Part shown: piece by piece, positions 14,501-27,040 of the stretch
How positions within the stretch are numbered: the stretch's first letter is position 1
Layout of the letters: the number at the start of each line of letters is the position of its first letter
Source: Octopus sinensis
Taxonomy: Eukaryota
NCBI RefSeq assembly: GCF_006345805.1
Contig: NC_043008.1
Coordinates: 32,426,001-32,490,000, forward strand
DNA: 64,000 nt
Direction of reading: 5' to 3'
Translations under genes and position numbers: made by a program
Notes under the pieces: generated by a model
What the model was told of the DNA's origin: nothing
Seen by the model: the letters and a program-made list of their open reading frames with translations, nothing else
Database searches by the model: none

Positions 14501-16428
14501 AAGAAGTGATCCTGTAGTCCACTAAATTTGTTGAAAGGCAGGGGAAAGTATTGAGTAAGGCACAAGGAATACAGCTGGGAGGAAAAACACTTGGTAGTCT
14601 AAATAATTCTGGATCTGTGGGGTTTCTTGATTGGCCCTTGGTGACAGACCTCCTCCTGGAACAATGTTTTTTTTTATTGTGTGTGTAAATCTATGCTTTT
14701 TGAAGCCTGTCCTTGTAATATCTTCCCCCTTTGTCACCTTTGTAGTAATAATAAGGAATCATTATTTGGTAGAATTTTAGTGTTGGTCAAAATACATTGT
14801 GGCAGTTGTTCTAGCTCTTTACATTTTGTGTTGAAATCCTACTGAGGTCAACTTTGTACTTTATTCTTCCAGAGTCAGTAAAATAAAGTCAATTACTAGA
14901 ATTGATTTAATTGATGAATGTCACAAATGCCGTTTCAACTTATTTTCCATTGATATGATATAAATTCCAGCCTGATACTAGAGCAAGATTGCAATCTAAA
15001 TCACTGTACCACTATCAATATTATTAATATTGATTATAAGGTAGCGAGCTGGCATAAGGACAAAATGATTGGCATTTCTTCTGGCTCTTTATGTTCTGAG
15101 CTCAAATCTTGCAATGGATGACTTCACCTTTCCTTTTTTCAAGGTTGATAAAAATAAAATATCAGTGAGCTCATTATAATTAATTACCTCTCCCACTAAA
15201 TTTACTGACTTTGTGCTAAAGTTTAAAGAAAAAAAATATTCATTGTTTATATACTTGTTCACTCATTTCTAGTATGAAATATAACAGTAACTTTTCAAAT
15301 AAGATAATTCTACCTCTTTCATTACGTTGATCTTTTTCTACTCAGACACTCCATTATATCTACTCATATATGCACTGATGATATATATATATATATATAT
15401 ATATAGTTATGTATTTGCAGGGACATCATACAGTATGTATTTAGTTTTATCTAACTGTTGCCAAATTCATATAGGTATATATTCTTGCCATTCTGAGTTA
15501 GAAATAAGTCCTGAAGAGACTGGGTAATTACAGAATTTTTTGCACCTCACCATTACTGCACTGTTTGAACTTACCGTAATGGGCGTCATAAAGGCACCTT
15601 CTGATGAGACATTTTCTCAGACTCAGTTTTCTTGCCAGTCCTGGTTGTTTCACTTCATTTGTATTAAATACTGCCTCTGAGACATGATTAAACAGTATAC
15701 AGTATTATTTCTCTTTTGTAAATGTATAAATAAATCTACTTTAAATTTTGTTTCAACTAACTTCAAATTTGGAAAATATTGTAAACTTTTCTCTGTAATT
15801 ATTTCCCTTAGTTACAGACCCCCAACTTTACGAAGCAAATTCTTGATTCAATATTCTATTGAATATAATATAATATAAATAACACAAATATCTATTTTAG
15901 TTTCTTAGTGATCAAAGTCTTTGTTTTTCTATTTGTGTGTGTGATCTGTTTGACAGAAACTTCTTAGTTTTTTCTTAATATAGTTGAAGCCATGCCTCAG
16001 TTTAGAAAATGTTAGTCATCTTACAGAAATGCAACATCTCTACATTTTGTTGCTAAATGCCCTAACCCTTCCAGTTAATTCTAAATGTTTGTCCATCTCC
16101 CCATATAAATCTGCTAAATATTGCTCTACCCATTTCAACTAAAAGCTACTAACTGTTCCTTGTTCAACTCAATCGTGTTAAGTTTATTTCCTTTATATAT
16201 TGTCACAATTATATGATTGTATACTTGAGAAACAGTGACTGTTTAATTGCTAATTAAACAAAATTCTTTCCCCCATACCTATTAGGTACTGATTTATCAG
16301 GGGAGAGGACTTGAAAAATTGTTTTCTTAAAAGTAGGGTTGGTGGTTACGAGAAATAGTTCTGTTTGTTTTAATATTTCAATGCTATAATAGCCTCTCAC
16401 AACCCTGTCACTGTTTCTTTTCATAAAG

Positions 16429-16449
16429 ACGAGGGAATGTTTCTCTCAG
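16429..16449 (+). other. Candidate 21-nt in-frame microexon (TRECFSQ) or recursive splice site
   Basis: ctgtttcttttcataaag|ACGAGGGAATGTTTCTCTCAG|gtgagt: perfect donor, phase 0/0, no stop codon. The exon 3' end is itself a pyrimidine-rich CAG|GT. Confidence 0.45.
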
Positions 16450-18026
16450 GTGAGTTTCCAGAATTGATTTTACACAAGGATGTTTTTTTTTAATTCACAA
16501 GAGACAAATGCAGACAAAGGGATTTCTTTTCCATTGACAATTTCTCTCCTAGTTTTCAAACAATCTTTTCCAATATCAGTGTTATGAACAATTCTGTGGA
16601 GTTCAAAACAAAAAATATTACGTAAAATCTTCATTAGTTTGACTCTATTTGTCTACAATTCTCTACAAAGTATCTATTTTATTTACTCTCTTCACCACAT
16701 AACTTTTTTATAGCTATTTTGTTTATCCTAAACAAGAAATAATTACTAAAAACCTTAAAGTTGTCATAAAATCGTAAGTATTTATTAAATAAGGCCCAAT
16801 TCAAACAATATAATTCAGTAATTGTATTTTGTGAAAAAACATAACTTTTTTCCCAAGTTAAGATTTAATTCAAATATTGTTTATCCTTTAGAACAACACT
16901 GCTTTAATCTCTCATACATGGTGTACATGTCAGTTGAATGCATTAATGTTTTGCTTCTTTGGTGAACACCACAACTAATGAATACTATAATAGTTTATGA
17001 TATGTGATCATCTTATTTCAATGCAGCTATGGCAGTCAGCATATATAAAAAAATAGGTCTTCAACTGATTGTGTCATCTCAATTGTATTTAACTGATTAC
17101 ACTATTTCTGCTGATTCAAGTATATTCAAGTGCTTACAAAACCAGATTCTAAAGTACCTGTAGCAATGATGTTGGGATCTTGAATAGTTCATTTACTAAT
17201 AATCAATTTTCCTTCTAAAACTATCAAAAACCTATACTATCTGTATTACTGTGTTAAGCTTATTTTATTTGATAGTTGACTCAAATGTGTTCAAGACGTT
17301 TTATTAGCATATGCAAGTACTTCAATCCAATATAGATAAGGCAAGAGTTATTGCCCTTACATTAGTAATATGATCAAAACTTCACTGCGTGTGTATGTAT
17401 TCTTTTATTGGTTTCGTGGGTTGGATAGTGACTTCAGTGTCTATTTTTTTGATTCGTTCCTGTTTTATCGACCACAAATTTGTCATTTGAAATTTTTTTT
17501 TTCAGCATCTTATATGAATACTCAGACTAAGTTAGCTATTCCTGTTACTTTGTTTAGGGGTAAATGGGTCTGCAATCATAACATCTACTGATTCTTTTTT
17601 AACAAACAATTAAAATGCAAATAATAATAATAATGATCATTATTTTACCACCAAGGCAATTATAACAATAACTCAAATCAATCATTATTCATAATTCTAA
17701 TTGTCAACTACGTAAATCTCTTTGACTGCACTCTTAAAAGAAGAAAGAAAAAAAAAACTTGCTTGTGGCTTCAGTCAGTCAACTGATTTGTCTGCGATTG
17801 TCTGTGTGGGAGTGTGATCAGCATTTTGAATTCTCTTACTTTATTCTGTTAGTTGATATTGTTTTTTTTCTCTTCATTTTCATTTTATCTTAATTTGTTC
17901 TGACTTTAATGAATTTTTAGTTTAGGGAAGAGTATGCAACACATTTGTATAGTGTCATTTATCTCTTGCACCTTATATTCACACACTGTTCATTACTGAT
18001 GTTTTATGTGTGTGTGTGCCTATATA

Positions 18027-18069
<43 letters not shown>

Positions 18070-18906
18070 ATTCATGCACATATACTCACATACTTTTCAT
18101 TTATAAAATTCTGATAGAGGTATTGTTAGAATTTGATTGTCACCTCTGCTAGTCTCTGGGTGCCACCTTGTTCACTTGCATTTTGCGCCCTTATTATATT
18201 GTTTATTTTTGTAAGAGAGACACAATAAGTGTGTGAGGTTGTGATGCTTGTTAAATCTTGCTGCATAAGCCCTGATTCTTCATAACTTGTAGCCTCTCTC
18301 TATCTGACAATACATTCTATTTTCACTACACACTTGTGTTGTTAGCTCTAGTTGTGGCACCCAGCTATTTCGAAAGAAAACTTTAGTTATTGTGCCTACA
18401 TTATGTTGATATCCAAACTGACAGTAAAAAAACTTCACCATAGCTAGTGAGAAAAGACAAACTAGCATCATGACAATGATTTTTCACATAGGATCAATAA
18501 TACAGATTTTGTAGAAAGAAGCAGTTGTTGAATCATAATGGCCACAGTATACAGCTGGTACTTTGTTTTATCCGTCCTTGAAGGATGAAAGGTAAAGTTG
18601 ACTTTGTTAGGATTCAAATTCAGAAAGTAAGGGAATTCAACTAAATACTGCAACATGTTTCTGTCTTCCACTATACCAATGTTCTGTCAATATTGATGAT
18701 GATAATAATAATAATAAAGAATTATGTTGATTTCTAATATGAGATACACAGTCACAGTCAGTAACACCAATCCCACTGCTTCAGTGCTACTTCATTATAA
18801 CTATTGGAAGTTAAATGTCAAAATTGACTCTGGTAGGCTGTAACTAAATGCTGCAAGGCTTTTCGTCTGGTGTAGTTATTGATTTATGATATTTTTATAG
18901 ACATAC

Positions 18907-19295
18907 AGGCATAGGAGTGGCTGTGTGGTAAGAAGCTTGCTTCCCAACCACATGGTTTCAAGTTAAGTCCCACTACATGGCACCTTGAGCAAGCGCCTTC
19001 TATAGCCTTGGACCAACCAAAGCCTTGTGAGTGGATTTGGTAGATGGAAACTGAAAAGAAGCCCATCATATACACACACACACACACACGTGTATATATG
19101 TTTGTCTGTGTTTGTCCCATCGCTTGACAACCGATGTTGGTGTGTTTATGTACCCGTAACTTAGCAGTTCGACAAAAGAGACCGATAGAATAAGTACTAG
19201 GCTTACAAAGAATAAGTCCTGGGGGTCGATTTCTTCGACTAAAGGTGGTGCTCCGGCATGGCCCCAGTCAAATGACTGAAACCAATAAAAACAAA
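18907..19295 (+). mobile_element. tRNA-headed SINE family A, near full length; other copies at about 86-270, 31627-31980, 37690-37870, 49845-50040
   Basis: A-box/B-box-like head (GGAGTGGCTGTGTGG...GGTTTCAAGT), CORE-like ccttg(g/a)gcaag segment, (CA/GT)n linker, tail ending aatgactgaaac. Confidence 0.85.
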
Positions 19296-20358
19296 ATACA
19301 CATTTCTAGCTACTGATACTTCCCATAATAATTGTAAATCAGTGACTGATCCTGTTAATCCTTTTGCAAATCCTTGATATTCCACACTGATAATGTTTAA
19401 CAGTACCTTCTCTAGCATCGAACAGGAGAGTCAACCTGTATCAGGATAGTTTACTGGTATGCTGCTGATAGAATCTTTCCTAGATTTTTTGTCAGTTATC
19501 TTGTGTCTACGAAAATGCCGTTGGAGAGAATGTGTCCCTGAACTCTAAAACAGTAGACTCTCACATACCTCATCTACTGTGGATGTCTACCTTACTTAAC
19601 TCTTTCTTGGAATCAATCTAAAGTGTTCCTTTTGGGTGTGGACCACTATTTCTATGATAAAATTAGGTTAAACAAAACATATCTGAAGACAGACCAGGTA
19701 TATACAGCAAATGCAAATGATATAAAGATGAGGTTCATAATCGCATTTCTTACTATTGACTTTTATTTATTTATACTTTAATGATTATAATTTCAATGTC
19801 CATTTTCCCAAATTACTTGTAATATTTGTTCTAGCTCTATGTTCTTATTTCAAATTCAGCCAATGTCAGCTGTAACATTCATCCATTCAGGGTTAATAAA
19901 ATGATGTACAAATCAAGTACCTTGCTCAATATAAATGTCTGTTCCTTCCTCTCAAACTTGAGATATTGTACTCTTTTGCTTGTGTTAGAAATTAATATAG
20001 ACTAAAGATTTAGGACTAAAAAAAGAAAAACCTTTAAAAAAAATTTTGTGGTTCTCTCTTTGAGCTTCATATATATTGAATATAGGTGAGATATCTTGTG
20101 ATGTTGAATATTAACAGAACCATTCTGCTTTGCTAGATCTAACTGGCTACTGAGTTATCTGTGAAATATTTGATTTGCTTGGGGAGAATAAACTCTACAG
20201 TTAATATATCGAAGATAAACTTTTGAAAGAATCAATTTGATAAAGGAGTTGTTAGTACTGTAATCAGTAAAACTTTTGACTGGGAAGTGATAGCAATGGA
20301 ATGTTCATCTCATCAACAAGTTTATGGTTCTTTTTAACATCAAATATGAAAATTTTCT

Positions 20359-21210
20359 TCTGGTGCAGTGAACAGTCGTCTCAATTGCACAAAAATGAAA
20401 ATAACACTGACATCTCATTTTAACAGATATATTTACCAAGATTACATAAAGATATCTTGAAATACTAAATAATAAATTCATTCAATAAAATCGCCATTGG
20501 CTTCAACCACGGCCTCCAGACAACTTGGGAATCTCCTGTTACTCTTGTGGATGGTCTCTTTGTCTAAGTTGGTGAATGCTGCCATAACCCTTGCCTTCAA
20601 TTCATCTTTGGTGTTATAAGGAGTTTTGTTGGTCTCTCACTCAACTGCACTCCACACAATAATCAAGGGGGTTGCAGTCTGGGGAGTTAGGTGGCCAGAT
20701 GTTAGGGGTGATGTAGTTGCAGAAATTGTCTGACAACCACGACTGGGTTCTCCTGCTTGTGTGGCATGGTGCAATCCTGTTGCCAGACATAGGGTCTTCC
20801 AGCAGCCAGTCTCTTGAGCCAGGGCGGCACTACCTCTTCCAGGCACTTGTTGAGTCTGAGGCCATGAGGGAAGATGAATTGGGGCATAACATTGCCATCA
20901 CTAGTGATCACTCTGAATACCATGATGTTGACTGGATGTTTGATTTTTATCACTCTCAGTTATATGTCCTCAGACTGACACCCAAGCACTCTGAAATGTT
21001 TGTATTGCAGCTTCCAACACTAATACCAAGCAGTACAGCATGTTGTTTCCAAATTTCTGGCAGAGTGAATTGTGTCATGGTGCTGTTTTTTCTCAGACAG
21101 GGCACAGCTGACCCTACTTTACTGTGTAGTCGATAAAATCAAAAACAAACAATTCATATGCAAAATTAAAAATATGAAATGGTGACAATTTACCCATCAC
21201 AACCTCTGTG
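20359..21210 (-). mobile_element. Internally deleted Tc1/mariner maT (DD37D) element
   Basis: Frameshift-corrected YVWQQD(S)APCH...WPPNSPDCNPLD has 37 residues between the catalytic Asp residues. A TIR-like end lies at about 21181-21209. Confidence 0.88.
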
Positions 21211-21319
21211 TCTATATATATCAAAAAATGTATGTATGTGTGTGTGTGTGTGTGTATGTATATATATATATAATGTTTGTGTGTGTGTATATATATATAT
21301 GTATGTTGATGTGTGTCAA

Positions 21320-22450
21320 TCCAGAAAAGGGCTTGGAAGCTAAAGCACCCTTCACATGGTCAGAGATTTAGGGATATCCTCATCGAGAATCTGATGAGAG
21401 GGAGGAGGAGTTACAGATTTTAGACATAGAGGGTAGCTGGAAATTTCTACAGGACAGCTTACTGAATGCCACAGACCAAATCTGCAGATGGTGCAAAGTC
21501 CCTTCCAGACCTAGAGTAACGTGGTGGTGGAATAATACGGCAGACAAAGCCATTAGAGCAAAGAAACAGGCCTGGAAAACCTGGAAGAGTGGGGGTAGCA
21601 GGGAGGCTGGGTGACAGGTATACATAACTAAGAGAGAAGCAGAAAAGAATAAGCTTACCAATGTTCAGCAGTGAAACATGGGCCGTGACTGCTGAAGACG
21701 TGTAGGCTTGAAAGAAATGAAGGTAACATGATCTGCTGGATGTGTAATGTCAGTGTGCACACATGACAAGAGTGTAAGTGCCCTGAGAGAAATGTTGAAC
21801 ATGAGAAGCATCAGATGTGGCGTGCAAGAGAGACGACTGCGCTGGTATGGTCATGTACTATGGATGGATGAGGAGAGCTCTGTGAAGAAGTGTCACTCCC
21901 AAACAGTGGAAGGAACCCATGGTAGAGGGACACCCAGGAAGACAAGGGACGAGGCAATGATGAAAGACTGAGACCGCTGGAGATATGCTGCAACTGAGAA
22001 GACCCGGCATATAAAGCGAGATCACCACCGTAGCCTCCACCAGTGTTGCATAACCAGCCCACTTAAAAAAGTACTTTTAGATTGTCGGGCGACATGCTAT
22101 GTTTGAGGAAACCTATTGAGTCCAAGTACATCAAAATCAAATCAAACCACATTCAAATAGAATTTGTAGTTGTGGTTATTGCCAGTGCCGCTTGACTGGC
22201 TCCCTGTGCCAGTGGCATGTAAAAAGCACCATCCAAACATGGTCGATACCAGCCCTTACTAGCTCCTGTGCTGGTGGCATGCAAAAAGCACCCACTACAC
22301 TCTGAGTGGTTTGTGTTAGGAAGGGCATCCAGCTGTAGAAAGGTGGCCAGATCAGACTGGAGCCTGTTGAACTTCCTGGCTTGTCAGACCCTAGTCAAAC
22401 CGTCCAACCCATGCCAGCATGGAAAATGGACGTTAAAGGATGATGATATA
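21320..22450 (+). mobile_element. RTE-clade LINE, internally deleted, with 3' tail
   Basis: Contains RVTWWWNN..DKAIRAKKQAWKTWK, then jumps to the C-terminal RRLRWYGHV...GRG.PRKT, followed by the tail ccaacccatgccagcatggaaaatggacgttaa-(gat)n. Confidence 0.85.
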
Positions 22451-22669
22451 TGTATGTTGGTGTGTGCATATTTGTATATGTATACATATGTAATTACACC
22501 CCACAAGCACGAGTATTTATATATACAAAGTAAGACTGTTTTTCATTAAGCTTTCTTATAGCATTAGTGAGATTGTATCACAATCCTCCGTTTCCCTGCC
22601 AGGCAGTTTTTAATTTTTAGTGTGTTTTTGTGTGTTGTATGAATACTTGTGCACTCATACGTGTGTATG

Positions 22670-22687
22670 TCTGTATGTATGTATGTA

Positions 22688-22779
<92 letters not shown>

Positions 22780-22793
22780 CACACACACACACA
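22670..22793. repeat. Compound microsatellite (GTAT)n(GT)n(AT)n(AC)n, representative of dozens in the window
   Basis: Read directly from the sequence; the arrangement is self-complementary. Confidence 0.95.
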
Positions 22794-25700
22794 GAGTCTC
22801 TGATATAATGAACAGATCAGTTTATAAATAATTGTAAACCTCAGTGTCCAGATTATTTCCCCCTCTGCTAGTATGATGTATAAACATTGATTAATTTGGT
22901 CATTGAACTCTCACAGATTACAGCATTATTTGAAATTTAATTCACCTCTGTATTTTTGGCTTTCTAACATGGAGATTTGCAGTTTGTATTTACTACTGCT
23001 ATTATTATTACTACTACTACTACTGCTAAATAGATGATGTCTGTGCCTCTAAAACTTGTGACCTTATGAGGAAGTTATGAAGTTGAAATTATTGTTATTA
23101 AGGAAGGTAGACCTACTGAAGCAGTAGTGTTTAGTTGTTCTAATTGACTTGGTTTTTCATCATTATGGGGTATGTGAATTGATATTGGAGCATTACAGTT
23201 GCATTGGAAGAGCCTTTCATAGTGACATAATTAGTGAGGCCGGTGTCTGAAAATATGGATTAGTAGAATTAAATCACATCTTGAATCGATATCTGGCTCT
23301 TGCATATATGGTATCTGCTGTTGGATTTGAAGCAGCTCAACTAATCTTGATTGAATGCCAACACACAATTGCTTCTGTGAGTTGATGAATTAAAGTACCG
23401 CTCAAATACTGGAAGCCGGTTGATCTAATTAACTCTCTGTTCCCAAATTTGAGTCCTAGTGACTGTGTTAGAAATAATTATTGTTTCTTTCAACTTTTTC
23501 TTCTCTTAACCTTAACCACATTCTCTGTAGCTCCCTCTAAACTCACCCAACCCTAATCATTTGTTGAAATATGAAAAATGTTTGGTAATAATAAGGCCTT
23601 CTAACCTAGGCTTAAGGTCACAAATTTCAGCAGTAGTTTTAGTCGGGTAGAAAGTCATCAGTACGTATTATTTATTTGATATGCTAGGAGTAGCAGCTAA
23701 ATCTTTCTCAAATCATTCCTTGAAAGGAAATATACATTGATCAATATAGTCCTAGATTGCTGTCTGGATATAAAAGGTGGGAGACCATAGCTAGACTACT
23801 TTTGATCATGTCTACTGGCTCGGGGCTGGTCTGTGAATGTTCATTGTCTATATACATTATATTTTATGTAAAGGATATAGTATGTATTAACTTTTTTGTA
23901 ATTAAGGTCCCTTGAGCTGTTGGAAATAACAGCCAACTTTCTCTTGAATCAGGGCAATAAATAGCATCTTAAGTTCTATGTAGTGAGACAGTCTGTCCTC
24001 TCTATTCTGCCAAGGCCACCACTAGAACTTTTGACCCTACATAAATAAATTTACAGAGAACAAAACATTGTATGTATATCATCATCATCATCATTTAGCA
24101 TCTGTATTCTATGCTGGTGCGGATCGGGCAGTTTCACAGTATCCAACTAGTCTGAGAGCTGTGCTAGTCTTCAATGTCTACTTCAGCAAGGTTTCAGTGC
24201 TTGGGTGCCCTTCCTATCACCAGCCATTGTACACAGTATGCACCTTGTCATAATGTAATATACATCTACTTCAGGTAGGAAATGTTTAAATGGTGGTTTA
24301 AACTCTTTAGCATGCAGATTACTCTGTCAAATGTAATGTTTATTTATTCACATTGTTTTGAATTAATCGTGGTTTATCTCATAGCATTGAGATTTTGATG
24401 GTATGACTTTGTTTTTAGAATGACATTGTAGGGTTGGTGTGAAAGGCCAGATCTGGGTAATTTGAACATAAAGCAGATAGAATATTTGTGCTAAATGGTT
24501 AGACATCTAAATATAGCAGCCAGTCATTTTTATATCTTATCATGAAAAAAACTGTAAGCAAGACTCATTGAATAGTGTCATCCTTGATGCATCGTTTGCA
24601 GACCAAAAAAATGGTCACTGTTAGAATGCTATTTTTTTTTTTTATCATAGGTGTACTGGGTCAAAGTTGATATAGGACTAATAGTAACAATTCAATAAGT
24701 GATTCTACTGTGTAGGTTTTTAACCAACACAATGGAATGTTTGTGAGTTGATTAATTTGACAGGTGATTTCTTTTCCATTGACCTGTGCTTGGCATGAAC
24801 TATAAGATAGATTTTCCAGGAAAATCAAGCCTTCCACCATTATCTCACCATCTCTACTTGATCAGGTTGAAGTAACTGTTTCACACTTCATACTTGCTAT
24901 GGAGTATTGTATTTCTCTTCGTAGGAATTGCATGCTAGCAATTAAGATTTTGACAGACGATCTGCTTTTAGTTTACTTGAAAGTGGTTTTTCTGAATTTC
25001 TTTTATTTCTATTTGGAATGTGTCACAATTATAGAATATATGAGTTTTTCAGTTGGAATTGGTTCTGTTCATGTGGGCTACAGACAAGGGTGAGGCCACT
25101 AAACTCTGTTGCTGGGGAATTGGATTTGCAAACCTGATTCAGTTCTCATTTGGGACCATTTGCATTACTAGGCCTCTTCAGAAAATCTGAAATATTGCAA
25201 ATTATCTTTATTTATCTTCTGAAAGAATACACACACACACACACACACACACAGCTGTACAAATCAGCATGGAATAAGTCATTTGTGCAAAGTCATATTT
25301 AACATATCTGAATGTACTTAGGACTTGTTAAAACATTAGTTTATTTGAGTGTGTGTGTGTGTATATTCATATATGTATGTGCAAATGTGCTTCAATGTTG
25401 ATAGTTCACTTGTGAAATGATGATGTTGTTAACATTTTGTTTTAGTATTCTGACCAGTCACTCTGTGCTTCTGGAGACATGCAGAATATGTAGTATAATA
25501 CTTAATGAAAATATAGTTCAGAGTTAATGACATGAAGAACATCTGGCCGTAACATCCTATTTCAAAACCAATTCTTGTCCAAGCGATGCTTGCATGAGAA
25601 AATGAATATATATTCTTACCCTATCACATGTCTTGTTAAGACTCAGCTTTTATCTCCTCCAGTGACGTCTTGTTTCTGGGGTGGGGAGGGAAACCCCAGA

Positions 25701-26119
25701 ATTTTTACAACTGGATGGCCTTCCTAACATCAACCACCTCACAAAGTGGACAATGCTTTTTACATGGCAGCAGCAAGGTCTGTTTTGGCATGGTTTTCAT
25801 AGCTGGATGCCCTTCCAAATGTCAGACACTTTACAGTGTGGACAGGATGCTTTTTACATGGCACCAACACTGGTGGGGGTTACCAAGTAATTTACAAGAC
25901 AAAGATCCTTTGAGAGGTGTGTGTGTGTGTGGGGGGCATTGGAAGAGTGACCTTGTGCCAGATGATGAGAGGGGGATAGAAAATGGTTCTTGCTGTAGAG
26001 GAGGTACATGGTTACCCAGTCAGCAGGAGAGAAGCAAGAAATGCAAGAAAACATTAGAAGTACCAATATAACTATATGTACATATACATAAATATATACC
26101 CAAATATATACTACTGGCA

Positions 26120-26430
26120 CTCTGTCAGTTATGATGACGAGAGATCCAGTTAATCCAATCAATGGAACAGCCTGCTTGTGAAATTAACATGCAAGTGGCT
26201 GAGCACTCCACAGACACGTGTACCCTTAATGTAGTTCTCAGGGATATTCTGCATGACACAGAATGTGACAAGGCTGGCCCCTTTGAATTACAGGTACTAC
26301 ACATTTTTGCCAGCTGAGTGAACTGGAGCATTGTGAAATAAAGTGTCTTGCTCAAGGACACAACACATCATTGGGAATTGAACTCACAACCTTACGATTG
26401 TGAGCCAAATACCATAGCCATTAAGCCACC
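26120..26430 (-). mobile_element. SINE family C, well preserved
   Basis: The reverse strand has a tRNA-like head (GGTGGCTTAATGG...GTGAGTTCAATTCC) followed by gtgtccttgagcaagacactttatttc. Confidence 0.75.
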
Positions 26431-26903
26431 TGAATATATATACATATATATTTAATGATGAATATAATGACATAAAGCTTTATAAAAAAATTTTTTAACT
26501 TTAAAAAAAATTTCTTCTAAAATGTGTACCATGTAAAAGTGTCATATTTCTGTGATAGTTCATGACTAGCAGTGCTGAGGGGGACAGAGAACTGATTTGC
26601 TTCTGGTTGATCTGAAAGTAGCAAATGAAGAGACGCCAAGAAGAATTTGTGACGCTTAGATCTAAGCGTGTGGTTTGTCAAGTTGACTCTGAAAGTATTA
26701 GCAGAGGGAAATGTTTCCTTTCAGTAATTAAATTAACATCCCAGTCCTGCGTAGTTATTGTATTTTGTACATTTGATACTGGTTGATGCATAGAAATTAA
26801 TAATAAATAACATATAATGGATAATGTAGTAGAATTAATGTAACCCAGAACAGACAATAAAAGGAATATGTTATATATATATATATATATATATTTGCTA
26901 AAT

Positions 26904-26975
26904 TTTTCATTGGCACAATGGAAGCATGCTGGGCTCGTAACCCAGAGGTCTATAGATCAAAACTATGCTCTGCAA
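26904..26975 (+). pseudogene. Initiator tRNA-Met-derived pseudogene
   Basis: TGGCACAATGGAAGCATGCTGGGCTCGTAACCCAGAGGTCTATAGATCAAAACTATGCTCTGCAA follows eukaryotic tRNA-iMet (CTGGG/CCCAG anticodon stem, GATCRAAAC T-loop). The anticodon has changed CAT>CGT, the CpGs have decayed and the 5' acceptor strand is lost. Confidence 0.85.
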
Positions 26976-26991
26976 AGCTATGAATACTAGT

Positions 26992-27040
26992 TTTGGTCTA
27001 TATTTGTAGACAACAAAGTTGTCTACAAATATAGACCAAA
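26992..27040. repeat. Perfect 23-bp inverted repeat with 3-nt loop
   Basis: tttggtctatatttgtagacaac-aaa-gttgtctacaaatatagaccaaa. Confidence 0.95.

Noticed and set aside
20717-21136. 139-aa + strand ORF
   Set aside because: It is the antisense reading of the maT remnant.
25053-25089. Exon-like AG...GTGAGG segment
   Set aside because: 37 nt, frame-shifting, with no other support.
26904-26975. Functional tRNA gene (Thr-CGT anticodon)
   Set aside because: The 5' acceptor strand is missing and the D-stem is broken by CpG decay; it is a tRNA-iMet pseudogene.
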